This document shows, piece after piece, positions 28,374 to 38,066 of a stretch of DNA of 64,000 nucleotides. Source of the DNA: Desmospora activa DSM 45169 (lineage in GTDB: Bacteria; Bacillota; Bacilli; Thermoactinomycetales; DSM-45169); the NCBI RefSeq assembly GCF_003046315.1, contig NZ_PZZP01000004.1:58795-122794 (forward strand). Reading direction: 5' to 3'. The translations under genes were made by a program, and so were the position numbers. The notes beneath the pieces were generated by a model. That model saw only the letters and a list, made by a program, of their open reading frames with translations, made no database searches and was not told the DNA's origin. Numbering within the stretch: the stretch's first letter is position 1; each line of letters opens with the position of its first letter.

Positions 28374-30554
28374 TCATACCGGTACCATACTGAGCGCAAC
28401 TCGTTCCCGTTTGGTGTCGACGGACAGCACCCACACATCGACTATGTCACCGACCCCCACCACATCCATCGGGTGTTGCACAAAGCGCTCACTCATCTTG
28501 GAGATATGGACTAAGCCGTCATTTTTCAAGCCGATATCGATAAAGGCGCCAAAGTCGACCACATTGCGCACGGTTCCTTTTAATTCCATTCCTTCACGCA
28601 GATCTTCCAACTGTAAGACATCGGAGCGAAGCACCGGCGCCGGCAACTCTTCCCGTGGGTCGCGCCCCGGTCGCAATAGCGCCTCCACGATATCGCGCAA
28701 GGTTGGTTCCCCGCATTCCAGCTGTTGCGCCGTCGCCGCTACATCGACGGTTCGCAACTTCTCTTTCAGCGCTGCGCTTCCGATTTCCTGGGGTTGACTG
28801 CCCAGCTCCTGCAGCAACGCTTCTACCACCGGATACGATTCCGGGTGAATCGGTGTCTGATCCAAAGGATTCTCCCCTGTGGGAATGCGCAAAAATCCGA
28901 TGCACTGTTCATAGGTTTTCGCACCTAAGCGTGGTACCTTTTTTAACTGTGCACGGTCGTTAAAACGACCTTCTTCATCCCGACGCTTAATGATGTTTTT
29001 GGCCACGGAGGCATTGACCCCGGAAACATACTGCAATAGCGCTACCGATGCGGTATTCACATCGACACCGACATGGTTGACCGCCGACTCCACCACTGTG
29101 GTCAAACTTTCACCCAACCGCTTTTGCGACACATCATGCTGATACTGTCCCACACCGACCGCCTTTGGCTCGATCTTTACCAATTCCGCCAAGGGGTCTT
29201 GTAGACGGCGGGCAATCGAAACTGCACTCCGCTGGGCCGCATCCAAGTCGGGAAACTCCTCCCGCGCCAGTTTGGAAGCGGAGTAAACGCTAGCCCCCGC
29301 CTCATTGACGATGATGTAATAGACGTTGCGCTCCAACTCTTTCAACAACTCCGCCACAAACGATTCCGTCTCACGGGAAGCAGTCCCGTTTCCAATGGCG
29401 ATAATACCGATTGGATACGATTGTAGCAGCTGTTTGATCCTTTGTTTAGCCTCTTCGATCCGGGCTTGCGGCGGTGTCGGAAAGATCACTCCCACTTCGA
29501 GCATCTTGCCGGTATCATCCACTACCGCCCATTTGCAACCGGTGCGGTAGGCCGGATCCAATCCCAGTACCCATTTGCCTCGGATCGGCGGTTGCAGCAA
29601 CAGTTTACGCAGGTTTTCCGAGAAAATATGAATCGCCTGCTCTTCTGCCATTTCCGTCATTGAATTACGGATCTCACGTTCCAGCGAGGGAAAGATCAGC
29701 CGCTTATAGCTGTCGGCAGCCACTTCCTTCAAATAGCGGTAGGGCCGTGGAGACAAGGCCCGCTCCAGCCGCGTTAGGATGGGGCCATCCTCTTCCACTT
29801 CGATGTGCAACTTTAGCACATCTTCACGCTCACCCCGGTTGACGGCCAAAATGCGGTGTGCCGGCATCGTGCGAACCGGTTCACGCCGTCCGTAGTACAT
29901 CTCATACACCGAAGTGGTATCGGGATCTTTTGCTTCTGATACCAATACACCCCGCTTCCACATCCGCTCCCGCACCCATTTGCGGATATCGGCATCATCC
30001 GCCAGCTCCTCGGCCAAAATATCCATCGCACCGGCCAATGCCGCCTCTGCTGAGTCGACTTCTTTTTCCTCATCGACAAAAGAGGGGGCGAGTGCGTTCA
30101 CCTCTTCCTCCGTCTGCGCCCGCTGCATCGCTTCAGCCAAAGGCGCCAGGCCGCGCTCACGGGCGACTGAGGCCCGCGTCTTCCGCTTGGGCCGATAGGG
30201 ACGGTACAAATCCTCTACCGTCTGCAACTTATCGGCAGTCTCAATTTTTTGCCGCAGTTCATCCGTCAGTTTATCCTGTTCGTCGATGAGACGGATCACT
30301 TCTTCTTTGCGCTGATTCAACTGCACCAGATAACGATGCCGCTCTTCAATCGCCCGCAACTGCTCTTCGTCCAACTCTTGTGTCATCTCTTTGCGGTAAC
30401 GGGCGATAAACGGAATCGTGTTCCCATCCTCCATCAATTCCACACTGGCTTTCACCTGTCCGGGACGCAATCCCAACTCCGTCGCAATCAATTGATATCT
30501 CTCGTTTGCTTCCATGAGCCCCTCCGTATCCAATCGAAGTTCGTCCTTCATCAT
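28374..30554 (-). CDS. tex: Transcription accessory protein Tex (S1 RNA-binding, YqgF/HhH domains)
   Basis: Collinear with B. subtilis YdcI/Tex, including IARYRKEMT and the C-terminal S1 domain (GMELKGTVRNVVDFGAFIDIGLKNDGLVHISK). Start set at MMKDE, with RBS AAGAAGG. The ORF tool extends to 30752, but that part has no RBS. Confidence 0.85.
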   Translation of the reverse strand: MMKDELRLDTEGLMEANERYQLIATELGLRPGQVKASVELMEDGNTIPFIARYRKEMTQELDEEQLRAIEERHRYLVQLNQRKEEVIRLIDEQDKLTDELRQKIETADKLQTVEDLYRPYRPKRKTRASVARERGLAPLAEAMQRAQTEEEVNALAPSFVDEEKEVDSAEAALAGAMDILAEELADDADIRKWVRERMWKRGVLVSEAKDPDTTSVYEMYYGRREPVRTMPAHRILAVNRGEREDVLKLHIEVEEDGPILTRLERALSPRPYRYLKEVAADSYKRLIFPSLEREIRNSMTEMAEEQAIHIFSENLRKLLLQPPIRGKWVLGLDPAYRTGCKWAVVDDTGKMLEVGVIFPTPPQARIEEAKQRIKQLLQSYPIGIIAIGNGTASRETESFVAELLKELERNVYYIIVNEAGASVYSASKLAREEFPDLDAAQRSAVSIARRLQDPLAELVKIEPKAVGVGQYQHDVSQKRLGESLTTVVESAVNHVGVDVNTASVALLQYVSGVNASVAKNIIKRRDEEGRFNDRAQLKKVPRLGAKTYEQCIGFLRIPTGENPLDQTPIHPESYPVVEALLQELGSQPQEIGSAALKEKLRTVDVAATAQQLECGEPTLRDIVEALLRPGRDPREELPAPVLRSDVLQLEDLREGMELKGTVRNVVDFGAFIDIGLKNDGLVHISKMSERFVQHPMDVVGVGDIVDVWVLSVDTKRERVALSMVPV

Positions 30555-31043
30555 ACCTTCTTTATCACCACAGAGCAATTCGACCCATGGAGCGGGACTC
30601 CTCTGCCAAAAGGAGTAGGAAAGGCGTCTAGTGATGAAATTTATCCCGTTGATGATACAAAGATAGAACCGTTGCGGTAGATCTTTGCATGCGAAGAGCC
30701 TTTGCTGTGCCATAGTGGAAGAAATCACTTTTCTTGAAGAAAACGAGATCATTATTTACCCTGGATCGTTCATGAGTTCAAAATCCGATTGCTGGTCCAG
30801 AGTCTTTGGAATTTTGATTCCCGTACAATGTCTCCATCAGTTAGACTAACGACTAACTCGCCTTCATTCTTTCAATTTCCAATTATTCTATTGACAGAAT
30901 TGTCGTCCCGTTCTATTATCGCTAATAGACGCTTCTCGATGCTGGGATTTCTGATGATCCCGCAGTGCTTCTTCCGCTGGAAGCAAGTATGCTGGAAGCG
31001 TGGTACCCTCTCAAGGTATCCCTCTCCTATTAATCGTGGTGTC

Positions 31044-31127
31044 GGAGGTTCGATTCCTCCATCCCTGAAAAGGGATTAGCTCAGTGGTAGAGCACACGAA
31101 ACATCGGGGTTCGATTCCCCAATCGTC
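31044..31127 (+). other. tRNA-like remnants (pseudo-tRNA fragments). A T-arm plus acceptor 3' half, then an acceptor/D-arm half joined directly to a second T-arm; no anticodon arm.
   Basis: ggaggTTCGATTcctcc-atccctg (31044-31067); gggattagctcagtggtagagcac (31072-31095); ggggTTCGATTcccc-aatcgtc (31106-31127). No complete cloverleaf could be folded. Confidence 0.45.
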
Positions 31128-31438
31128 TAGGGGACGATGCTTGGCAAAGCATACTCTTACAACAGGCTGTTGCGCAAACCCTTCGTGAACGGGCGGGAGC
31201 ACTCCTGTCCGTTCACACCAAGACGGCGACCTTGTAGGTTGGCGGATACCGGTTTGGTTTCTCTTTTGTCGACCGAGCTGGCAAAAGCGATCGTGGGAAG
31301 AGTAGGTCCGAGCTTTCGGCGGTTGTTTTTCCTCCCGGTCCCATGAGAAAAGCCACTCCTCAAACCAATCTCCGTCGTCAGCTTGGGGAGGGGACCGCAG
31401 CAGTCTCCCATTTTATTATTCAGAGAAGAGGAATCATC

Positions 31439-32563
31439 ATGATTCACATTCAAAAGGATCAGCGCGGCTTCTTCTTTAAACGGGGTGACTATGTCAAATT
31501 CCTCAAGCCGGGGAGCTACTTTTCGCCGTTGTTTGCCAACCGCTCCTTCAGCCGTTATCAAGTCGTGATCGTGGATGTCAATGAGCCGTTCTCCCTTCCC
31601 GATCATCCCCTTCATCTGTTTTTACACGATGAAGAGCTGCTTCAGGAGCTAACCATCCTCGATGTACAGGATCATGAGTTGGCGCTTCACTATGAAGACG
31701 GAAAATTTGTCAATGTATATCCTTCCGGCAAATATGCCTTTTGGAATGTATATAAAAAACACACCTTTACGATGGTGGATAAACGGGAGCCTGCGGTTGA
31801 GGAAGAGATTGACCGCACCATCTTTAATCAAACGGAGTTACGGGGATATTTTCAAATCCAGCATATCCCCAAACAACACCGTGGCCTTCTTTTTTACAAT
31901 CATCAGTTTCAAAAAGAGGTAAAACCGGGAAACTACTATTTCTGGTATAGCGCGATCGCCGTTAATATGGAAACGATCGATATGCGCCGTCAGCAACTGG
32001 ACATCGCCGGCCAGGAAATGATGACCGCAGATAAAGTGACACTGCGGCTCAACTTCGTTTGCCAGTATCAGGTGACCGATCCGTTGAAAGTGCTGGAGAT
32101 CAACAACTTTAAGGAACAAGTCTATATCCATCTGCAGCTGGTATTGCGGGAATATATCGGCACCTATCGCTTGGACGAGTTGTTGAAACAGAAGCAGGAA
32201 ATCGGCTCCCTCGTATTGGAGCGGTTAAAGGAGAAAGAAGCGGAGTTTGGCGTCCGTTTTATCGATGCTGGAGTAAAGGATATCATCTTACCCGGCGATG
32301 TCAAAGAGATTATCAACACCGTCCTGATCGCGGAGAAGAAAGCACAGGCCAATCTTATCACCCGCCGGGAAGAGACCGCATCGACCCGCAGCCTCTTAAA
32401 CACCGCCAAGCTGATGGACCAAAACGAGACACTGTATCGATTGAAAGAGCTGGAGTTTATGGAGCGCATTTGTGAAAAAATCGGCGATATCTCCATCACC
32501 GGCGGCGGCAACTTGCTGGAACAACTGAATGATCTGCTAGTACGGAGAGCGGGGGAAAAATAA
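31439..32563 (+). CDS. SPFH/band-7 domain protein (HflC/stomatin-like C-terminal region), apparently without an N-terminal TM
   Basis: C-terminal about 190 aa match the SPFH core (DIAGQEMMTADKVTLRLNFVCQYQVTDPLKVLEINNFKEQVYIHLQLVLREYIG...GVRFIDAGVKDIILPGDVKEIINTVLIAEKKAQANLITRRE). Start MIHIQ with RBS GAGGAA. The ORF tool begins 32 codons earlier. Confidence 0.7.
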   Translation: MIHIQKDQRGFFFKRGDYVKFLKPGSYFSPLFANRSFSRYQVVIVDVNEPFSLPDHPLHLFLHDEELLQELTILDVQDHELALHYEDGKFVNVYPSGKYAFWNVYKKHTFTMVDKREPAVEEEIDRTIFNQTELRGYFQIQHIPKQHRGLLFYNHQFQKEVKPGNYYFWYSAIAVNMETIDMRRQQLDIAGQEMMTADKVTLRLNFVCQYQVTDPLKVLEINNFKEQVYIHLQLVLREYIGTYRLDELLKQKQEIGSLVLERLKEKEAEFGVRFIDAGVKDIILPGDVKEIINTVLIAEKKAQANLITRREETASTRSLLNTAKLMDQNETLYRLKELEFMERICEKIGDISITGGGNLLEQLNDLLVRRAGEK

Positions 32564-32700
32564 AAGTGATCAAAGGGTTATCGGGCTTGCTGCAAGGGGG
32601 TTCCTTGTACAGGCCCGTTTTTTGGTTTACTTCCCCAACTGAATTTGATAAAATTTTTGTTCGTCAGATATGTCGAAATAGAAGCACGAGGGAAGAAACA

Positions 32701-33480
32701 ATGGTTTACTGGGAGTTATTGATCAAAAACATCAAGGTCCAATTCCAATATCGTATCGCCCATATGATCAACAATCTGGGCAGTCTTATCTTCGGCTTTA
32801 TCTATATCGCCATCTGGGTCGGGGTATTAACAGGGAAGGAAGAAGGCAGCCCCTATTCCGCCACTGATATGACTCACTACATGGCGTATGGACAAGCGCT
32901 TTTATGGATGACGATCTTTTTAACACCAGGCCTCGGCATCCCCAACCGGGTGCGAAACGGAGCGATCAGCCTGGAAATGGCGCGCCCTGTCTCCTATTTC
33001 ACCTATACCGCAGCACAGGAAGCGGGACGGATCATTTATAACCTCTGCTTCCGTTCCATCCCGATCTTGTTGATATTTGCACTTACGGTGGGCATCCACC
33101 TTCCTACTAACCCCATTTCTTATCTGTGGATGACGGTTGCAGCAGCTGTCGCGATCTGGCTTTCCATTAACCTTCATTACTTGATCGGGATCAGCGCCTG
33201 CTGGACCTATGAGATCAGTGGAGCTCATTTTATGATCGTCACGCTTTTATTTGGTCTCGGAGGACAACTTGTGCCGCTCGACTTGCTGCCGGGAAACTTA
33301 GGCTTGTGGGCACAATGGCTTCCTTTTGCCGGTGTGTTGTATACACCTGTCATCATTTATCTGGAGAAAGCCGGGATGGAAGCCCTATTGATACCTGTCC
33401 TTTGGGCTTCAGTATTAACCCTGTTTAATCTATGGCTGACTGGACGTGCCCGGCGGAAGTTGGAGATTCAAGGGGGATGA
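32701..33480 (+). CDS. ABC-2 type transporter permease (COG4587/ABC2_membrane_6-like)
   Basis: Six predicted TMs. ATG 32701 with RBS GAGGGAAG. The ORF tool starts at GTG 32566. Confidence 0.65.
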   Translation: MVYWELLIKNIKVQFQYRIAHMINNLGSLIFGFIYIAIWVGVLTGKEEGSPYSATDMTHYMAYGQALLWMTIFLTPGLGIPNRVRNGAISLEMARPVSYFTYTAAQEAGRIIYNLCFRSIPILLIFALTVGIHLPTNPISYLWMTVAAAVAIWLSINLHYLIGISACWTYEISGAHFMIVTLLFGLGGQLVPLDLLPGNLGLWAQWLPFAGVLYTPVIIYLEKAGMEALLIPVLWASVLTLFNLWLTGRARRKLEIQGG

Positions 33481-34268
33481 ATGGAATGAAACTGTTCTTC
33501 ACCTTGTGGGGAGCCAGCCTTCGTTCTCGTATGCAGTATAAAGGGAATTTTTTATTTTCCTCTTTTACCTACGGCCTGATCATGGCCGTCGATTTTTTGA
33601 TGTTAGCAGCAATCTTGCTAAGATTTGACGATGTGATGGGCTGGACAATATACGAAGTCGGTTACCTGTATGGGATTGCATCGGCATCGATGTCCCTTTA
33701 TCGCTTGTTGGCTCCGGAAATCCATGAGTTTGAACGCTATATGGTAGAAGGGGAATTTGACAGCCTCCTGATCCGTCCTGTTCCTCCACTTACCCTGCTG
33801 TTGACCCGTAACCTGGAACTGAGCCGAATCGGCGGAGTGGTACAAGGGATTGCAATCCTTGTCCTCTCCTTACACGGATTAGCAGCAACGACTCATTGGC
33901 TTCCCGCCCTTCTCTACCTACCCGTCGCCTTTATCTCCGGGTTGATTATTTCCTTCGCATTGGGGCTGATCACCGCCACCCTCGCCTTCTGGACCCAGCG
34001 CATTAAAGATTTTCAAGCTTTTACTCTATACGCCCCCAATAACGCAGCCAGTTATCCGATGAGCATTTATCCCGGTTGGCTGAAGTGGATCCTGTTTACG
34101 GTTCTGCCTGTCGCTTTTATCGCCTATGTACCCGCCCTCTATCTACTGGATAAAGGGGGAACATGGCACAACCTGTGGGTCTCCCCAGCGGTAGCAGGGG
34201 TATTTCTATGGATTTCCTTGCGCTTTTGGCGGTTTGGCATTCGTTATTATCACAGTACGGGAAGTTGA
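33477..34268 (+). CDS. ABC-2 type transporter permease (COG3694-like), translationally coupled (ATGA overlap) to the preceding permease
   Basis: MNGMKLFFTLWGASL... six TMs. ATG overlaps the upstream TGA stop. Confidence 0.65.
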   Translation: MNGMKLFFTLWGASLRSRMQYKGNFLFSSFTYGLIMAVDFLMLAAILLRFDDVMGWTIYEVGYLYGIASASMSLYRLLAPEIHEFERYMVEGEFDSLLIRPVPPLTLLLTRNLELSRIGGVVQGIAILVLSLHGLAATTHWLPALLYLPVAFISGLIISFALGLITATLAFWTQRIKDFQAFTLYAPNNAASYPMSIYPGWLKWILFTVLPVAFIAYVPALYLLDKGGTWHNLWVSPAVAGVFLWISLRFWRFGIRYYHSTGS

Positions 34269-34278
34269 GGGAGATGCG

Positions 34279-35253
34279 ATGATCGAAGTGAAAAACTTGC
34301 AGAAAACCTTTCAAGTGCCAATCACACAACCGGGGATATTTGGATCCATCCGGTCTCTTTTTTCTCGACAACACCGGCGAGTGAAGGCAGTGCAAAATAT
34401 CTCCTTCTCGGTAGAGACTGGAGAGTGCGTCGGCTACATCGGACCCAATGGAGCCGGCAAATCCACCACCATCAAGATGTTGTCCGGAATCTTGCATCCC
34501 AGCGACGGCACAGTGACGGTGATGGGACACAGCCCACAACAAGAGCGATCCATCGTCGCCCGTCATATGGGAATTGTGTTTGGTCAACGGACACAGCTAT
34601 GGTGGGACTTGCCTCTGCGTGATTCTTATGAAATTCTGAAGCAGATGTATCAACTGTCAGAGATGGATTTTCAGCGCTTTTTGCGACGATACGACGACTT
34701 GCTCGGTATTGGAAGCTTTATCGATACACCCGTGCGTAAACTATCACTGGGACAGCGGATGCGAGCAGATTTGGCTGCGGCGTTAATTCACGATCCCACT
34801 GTACTGTTTTTGGATGAGCCTACCATTGGCTTGGATGTAGTGGCTAAAAACCGAATTCGCACCTTTTTGCAAACCATGAATCGCGAGCAGAAAAAGACCA
34901 TTTTGCTGACCACCCATGATATGGACGATATTGAATCCTTGTGTCAGCGGGTAATTGTTATCAACCATGGCACCATCATCTTAGATGGTACCCTCGACGC
35001 TCTGCGGCAGCGGATTGGCCTTCCTAGTGAACTGCTGCTACAGTTTGCAACAACGCCTACCGTCACCCCTATCCCTGAGGTGGAACATATCGATCTACAA
35101 GCGGAAAATCGTGTTTTGATCCGCTATGATCGCGCCCGCATCACTGTGCCAACAATTCTGGATTTCACCCGTCACTGGGGAGAAACGGTCGATATCCAGA
35201 TGCAAGAGCCCTCGATCGAAAGTGTAGTGGAGACGATCTATCGGGCCAGATGA
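34279..35253 (+). CDS. ABC transporter ATP-binding protein (COG4586 family)
   Basis: Walker A GPNGAGKST, signature LSLGQRMR, Walker B LFLDEPT, H-loop. Start MIEVKNL with RBS GAGGGAG. Confidence 0.85.
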   Translation: MIEVKNLQKTFQVPITQPGIFGSIRSLFSRQHRRVKAVQNISFSVETGECVGYIGPNGAGKSTTIKMLSGILHPSDGTVTVMGHSPQQERSIVARHMGIVFGQRTQLWWDLPLRDSYEILKQMYQLSEMDFQRFLRRYDDLLGIGSFIDTPVRKLSLGQRMRADLAAALIHDPTVLFLDEPTIGLDVVAKNRIRTFLQTMNREQKKTILLTTHDMDDIESLCQRVIVINHGTIILDGTLDALRQRIGLPSELLLQFATTPTVTPIPEVEHIDLQAENRVLIRYDRARITVPTILDFTRHWGETVDIQMQEPSIESVVETIYRAR

Positions 35254-35313
35254 TAATCCCTATCGCTAAAGCTGACGCTTTCCCGCTTACACCCAGTTAT
35301 ATCTTCACAAGAA

Positions 35314-35340
35314 AAAAAACCGTCCCATTGGACGGAGAGG
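35314..35340 (-). terminator. Terminator after the zinc-ribbon gene
   Basis: ccgtcc-catt-ggacgg preceded on plus by A8. The minus RNA follows with UUUUUUUU. Confidence 0.55.
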
Positions 35341-35457
35341 CTCTGACAAACTGGTCGCAGAACGGTCAGGGGGGTATCCATCTCACGCTCCATGTGTGGC
35401 AGAGTCGCTCGACGGTAACCCCCCTCCCTGTGTTAGCAGTTTATCATCAATCTAGGA

Positions 35458-35793
35458 TCACTCGCTTTTTTTCCGTTTGTGCAGTCCTCTCACTTCATGC
35501 ATCATCCGCCATGGTTTGCTCATCACCCGGAATGGGAAATTGCGGACGAACTTGCGGGCGTCGTCTTGAAATTCTTTTTGCATGCGGAAACGCTTGGTGA
35601 GAACACGGTCCAGGTAGTCGTGATACACTTGATGCCGGACATCGGGATTGACGACGAGTTCCCTGCCGCATTGTTCGCACCGAATTTTATAGAGACTCTT
35701 GCGGATGGTCGTCACATCATGAACCGTATCATCCAGGCAATTAATACAGTACATCTCCGTCTGACTGGTCTCCTCGAACAACTCGGCCACCAC
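35458..35793 (-). CDS. Small zinc-ribbon protein (CxxC...CxxC), hypothetical
   Basis: 111 aa. YCINCLDD ... IRCEQCGRE. Its 5' end overlaps the SorC regulator 3' end by up to 53 nt; its true start may be the internal Met. Confidence 0.45.
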   Translation of the reverse strand: MVAELFEETSQTEMYCINCLDDTVHDVTTIRKSLYKIRCEQCGRELVVNPDVRHQVYHDYLDRVLTKRFRMQKEFQDDARKFVRNFPFRVMSKPWRMMHEVRGLHKRKKSE

Positions 35794-36748
35794 CTTCCTT
35801 TAAGCGTAAAACCGCCGCCGCCGTCTCACTGTCCACGACCAGGATATCGATATATCCACCATGGAGAGCAGCTAGCAAAGCTTTTGCTTTCCCTTTTCCC
35901 GTTACCATGCAGACAACCGTAGCGATGCTTCTCATATCTTCGACATCGATTCCGATCACGCGCTCGTTGATGGGATCGGCCACTTCCTCTCCGTTTTCAT
36001 CGATAAAGCGGGAATTAATGTCACCCACGGCTCCAAACTTCATTAAGCTCTCCAAGTCGGATTCCTTTAGATAACCCAATTGAGTCATGGTAGAGGCATA
36101 GGGGCTGCCCAGACCGACAATGGCCACATCCACCCGGGTCGCCTCATGGAGTAATGCCCGGATGTCCATCGAATCCAGCAACTGCTCCTTTAGATTCTCA
36201 GAAGAGAGGATCGCGGGAACATAGAGGTGTTCACAAGTGGCACTCAATTTATCCGCCAATTGTTTGGCCAGTTGATTGGAATGTAGCTGCCCGTAATTTC
36301 GCCCCATCCCCCCGATCAAAGGCAAAATGCGCAGATGTTTTGCTTGGACGAAGGGAAATTCCTGTACAAAATGGTACAAGGTCGTCCCCCAAGATACACC
36401 TACCGTCTTGGAACGGGTAATCCGTTTCTTCAGCAGAATACCCGCCGTCTTCGCCATTTGCCGCTTCACTTCCTCGTCATCCCAACCTTCTTGCACCGGG
36501 ATGACAATCGCTTCTGCCAAGCCAAAGGCATTTGTCAACTGCTCCTCCAATTGCGTAGTCACAATGGTATCGTCTTTGATGGAAATCTCTACAATCCCGG
36601 TCTCCCGCGCTTTTTGCAGTAATTTGGATATCAGGGGGCGGGACAGACCGATCCGCTTTGCCACTTCGGATTGGTTGAGTCCCGCCTCGTAGTAGAGATA
36701 GGCTGCGCGAACCATTTGTCGTCTCTCTGCCCATCTTTTTGAAACCAT
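35741..36748 (-). CDS. SorC/DeoR-type sugar-binding transcriptional regulator (CggR/SorC family)
   Basis: N-terminal HTH (LNQSEVAKRIGLSRPLISKLL) plus sugar-binding domain (GVSWGTT..., GGMG). Confidence 0.8.
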   Translation of the reverse strand: MVSKRWAERRQMVRAAYLYYEAGLNQSEVAKRIGLSRPLISKLLQKARETGIVEISIKDDTIVTTQLEEQLTNAFGLAEAIVIPVQEGWDDEEVKRQMAKTAGILLKKRITRSKTVGVSWGTTLYHFVQEFPFVQAKHLRILPLIGGMGRNYGQLHSNQLAKQLADKLSATCEHLYVPAILSSENLKEQLLDSMDIRALLHEATRVDVAIVGLGSPYASTMTQLGYLKESDLESLMKFGAVGDINSRFIDENGEEVADPINERVIGIDVEDMRSIATVVCMVTGKGKAKALLAALHGGYIDILVVDSETAAAVLRLKEGGGRVVRGDQSDGDVLY

Positions 36749-36776
36749 TCTTCTCTCCTTCTCTCTTTAACTGCGG

Positions 36777-38066
36777 TTATAATAGGGCATCCATCAGCTC
36801 CCGGATTTTGACGATCTCCCTCTTTTCCCTGAATTCAATATCATCATAGGTGATGATTTCTCCTTGAGGGACATGCCGTTTCATCACAACATCCGGGCTG
36901 ATCAAGCCGATAGGAAGAGCTTGGCTTTCTTTTTGTGCCTGAGCGGTCACCAACCGACCATAGGCGGTAAATCCACCCAGCCCATCCAGAGCCTCTCCCA
37001 GTTTTAGCGCTTTTTTCGCCACCGCCACCGTTTCCGACCGATTGCCGTAATGGGGTGCGATCGTCGATTCGCGGTCCAAGTAGGCACGGGCAATGGAGAT
37101 GGGGGTCTCCAGACTGGTCAAGTGATACGGACGGTAGAGGACATAATGAGGACCCTCCCCCATGCTGAGGTACTTCATCTCTTCATGGATTTCGTCCAAT
37201 TCCGTCGTAATGACGGCAAAGACACCAGGAGCGACACCGTTGACATAGTCCACGATTTTCATTCCGTTTAAGATCCCACCTTCTTCCCGCAGGCGAAACA
37301 GCGAAGGAAGATCTTTCACTTGGCCACTGGGACCGTGCATTCCCGCCACATCGGGAAGGAAGCCGGTAGCATTGGAGACGGCATTCATCTCCACCATCGT
37401 CTTGGTGCCGTCTTTAAAGGAAGCTAACATCTTTGGATTCGCTTTTTTTCGGCGGGCTTCTTCCGCGCACGAATCCGGGTTGGCTGAGCGATCCAGCGGA
37501 TTATTTTTTCCTTTCCCCAGCGCGATCACCTCAAAGGAGAGCGCTTCAGCAAAATCGTGCAGTTCCATTAACGCTCCCGGTTCATCCCCCGCGGATCCAG
37601 TATAGACCACACCTGCGGCGTCTGCCACTTTTTTCAGGTAGGGGCCGATCGTCACATCGGCTTCTACATTGAGCATGACGATATGCTTTTTCTGCATAAT
37701 CGCATTCCAGGCCACCATGGCCCCTACATTGGGATGGCCGGTAGCGTCCACGACCACATCCACTTCCTCCAGCCGGGGGATCATCCCGGCATCCGAGGTA
37801 ACAACCACCCGGCCGCTCCGAATCGCCCGGTCAGCCTTCCCCTCATCCTGCGTCTCCAGGATGGCACTTGCGGATACCTTTGCATGCAGATAGGCGTTGC
37901 GCGCGTTTTCCGGCATCAAGTCGGCGGTGGCCACCACATCCATCCCGGCCATCCCGGCGATCTGGGCGATCATGCCCCGTCCCATCTGACCCGCTCCAAC
38001 CAAACCGACACGGATGCGGGCTCCCTGTTTTTGCAAATCTTTTAACCTTCGATTCAGTCCCAGCAT
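36777..38066 (-). CDS. NAD(P)-dependent oxidoreductase, homoserine-dehydrogenase-like with C-terminal SAF domain (COG4091). Candidate sorbitol-6-phosphate dehydrogenase in place of SrlD.
   Basis: Start MLGLNRRL with RBS AGGGGG. Rossmann motif VGLVGAGQMGRGM. The ORF extends 43 codons further upstream without an RBS. Confidence 0.65.
   Translation of the reverse strand: MLGLNRRLKDLQKQGARIRVGLVGAGQMGRGMIAQIAGMAGMDVVATADLMPENARNAYLHAKVSASAILETQDEGKADRAIRSGRVVVTSDAGMIPRLEEVDVVVDATGHPNVGAMVAWNAIMQKKHIVMLNVEADVTIGPYLKKVADAAGVVYTGSAGDEPGALMELHDFAEALSFEVIALGKGKNNPLDRSANPDSCAEEARRKKANPKMLASFKDGTKTMVEMNAVSNATGFLPDVAGMHGPSGQVKDLPSLFRLREEGGILNGMKIVDYVNGVAPGVFAVITTELDEIHEEMKYLSMGEGPHYVLYRPYHLTSLETPISIARAYLDRESTIAPHYGNRSETVAVAKKALKLGEALDGLGGFTAYGRLVTAQAQKESQALPIGLISPDVVMKRHVPQGEIITYDDIEFREKREIVKIRELMDALL

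Noticed and set aside
30960-31420. Possibility that the tRNA-like region is tmRNA (ssrA) or another large structured RNA
   Set aside because: No GGGG...ACCA acceptor pairing, no tag-peptide reading frame with a resume codon, and no match to the RNase P or SRP cores that I recall. Left as tRNA-like remnants.
31157-31615. 152-aa minus-strand ORF across the SPFH start region
   Set aside because: It overlaps the RBS and start of a well-supported plus-strand gene and the tRNA-like hairpins. It has no RBS.
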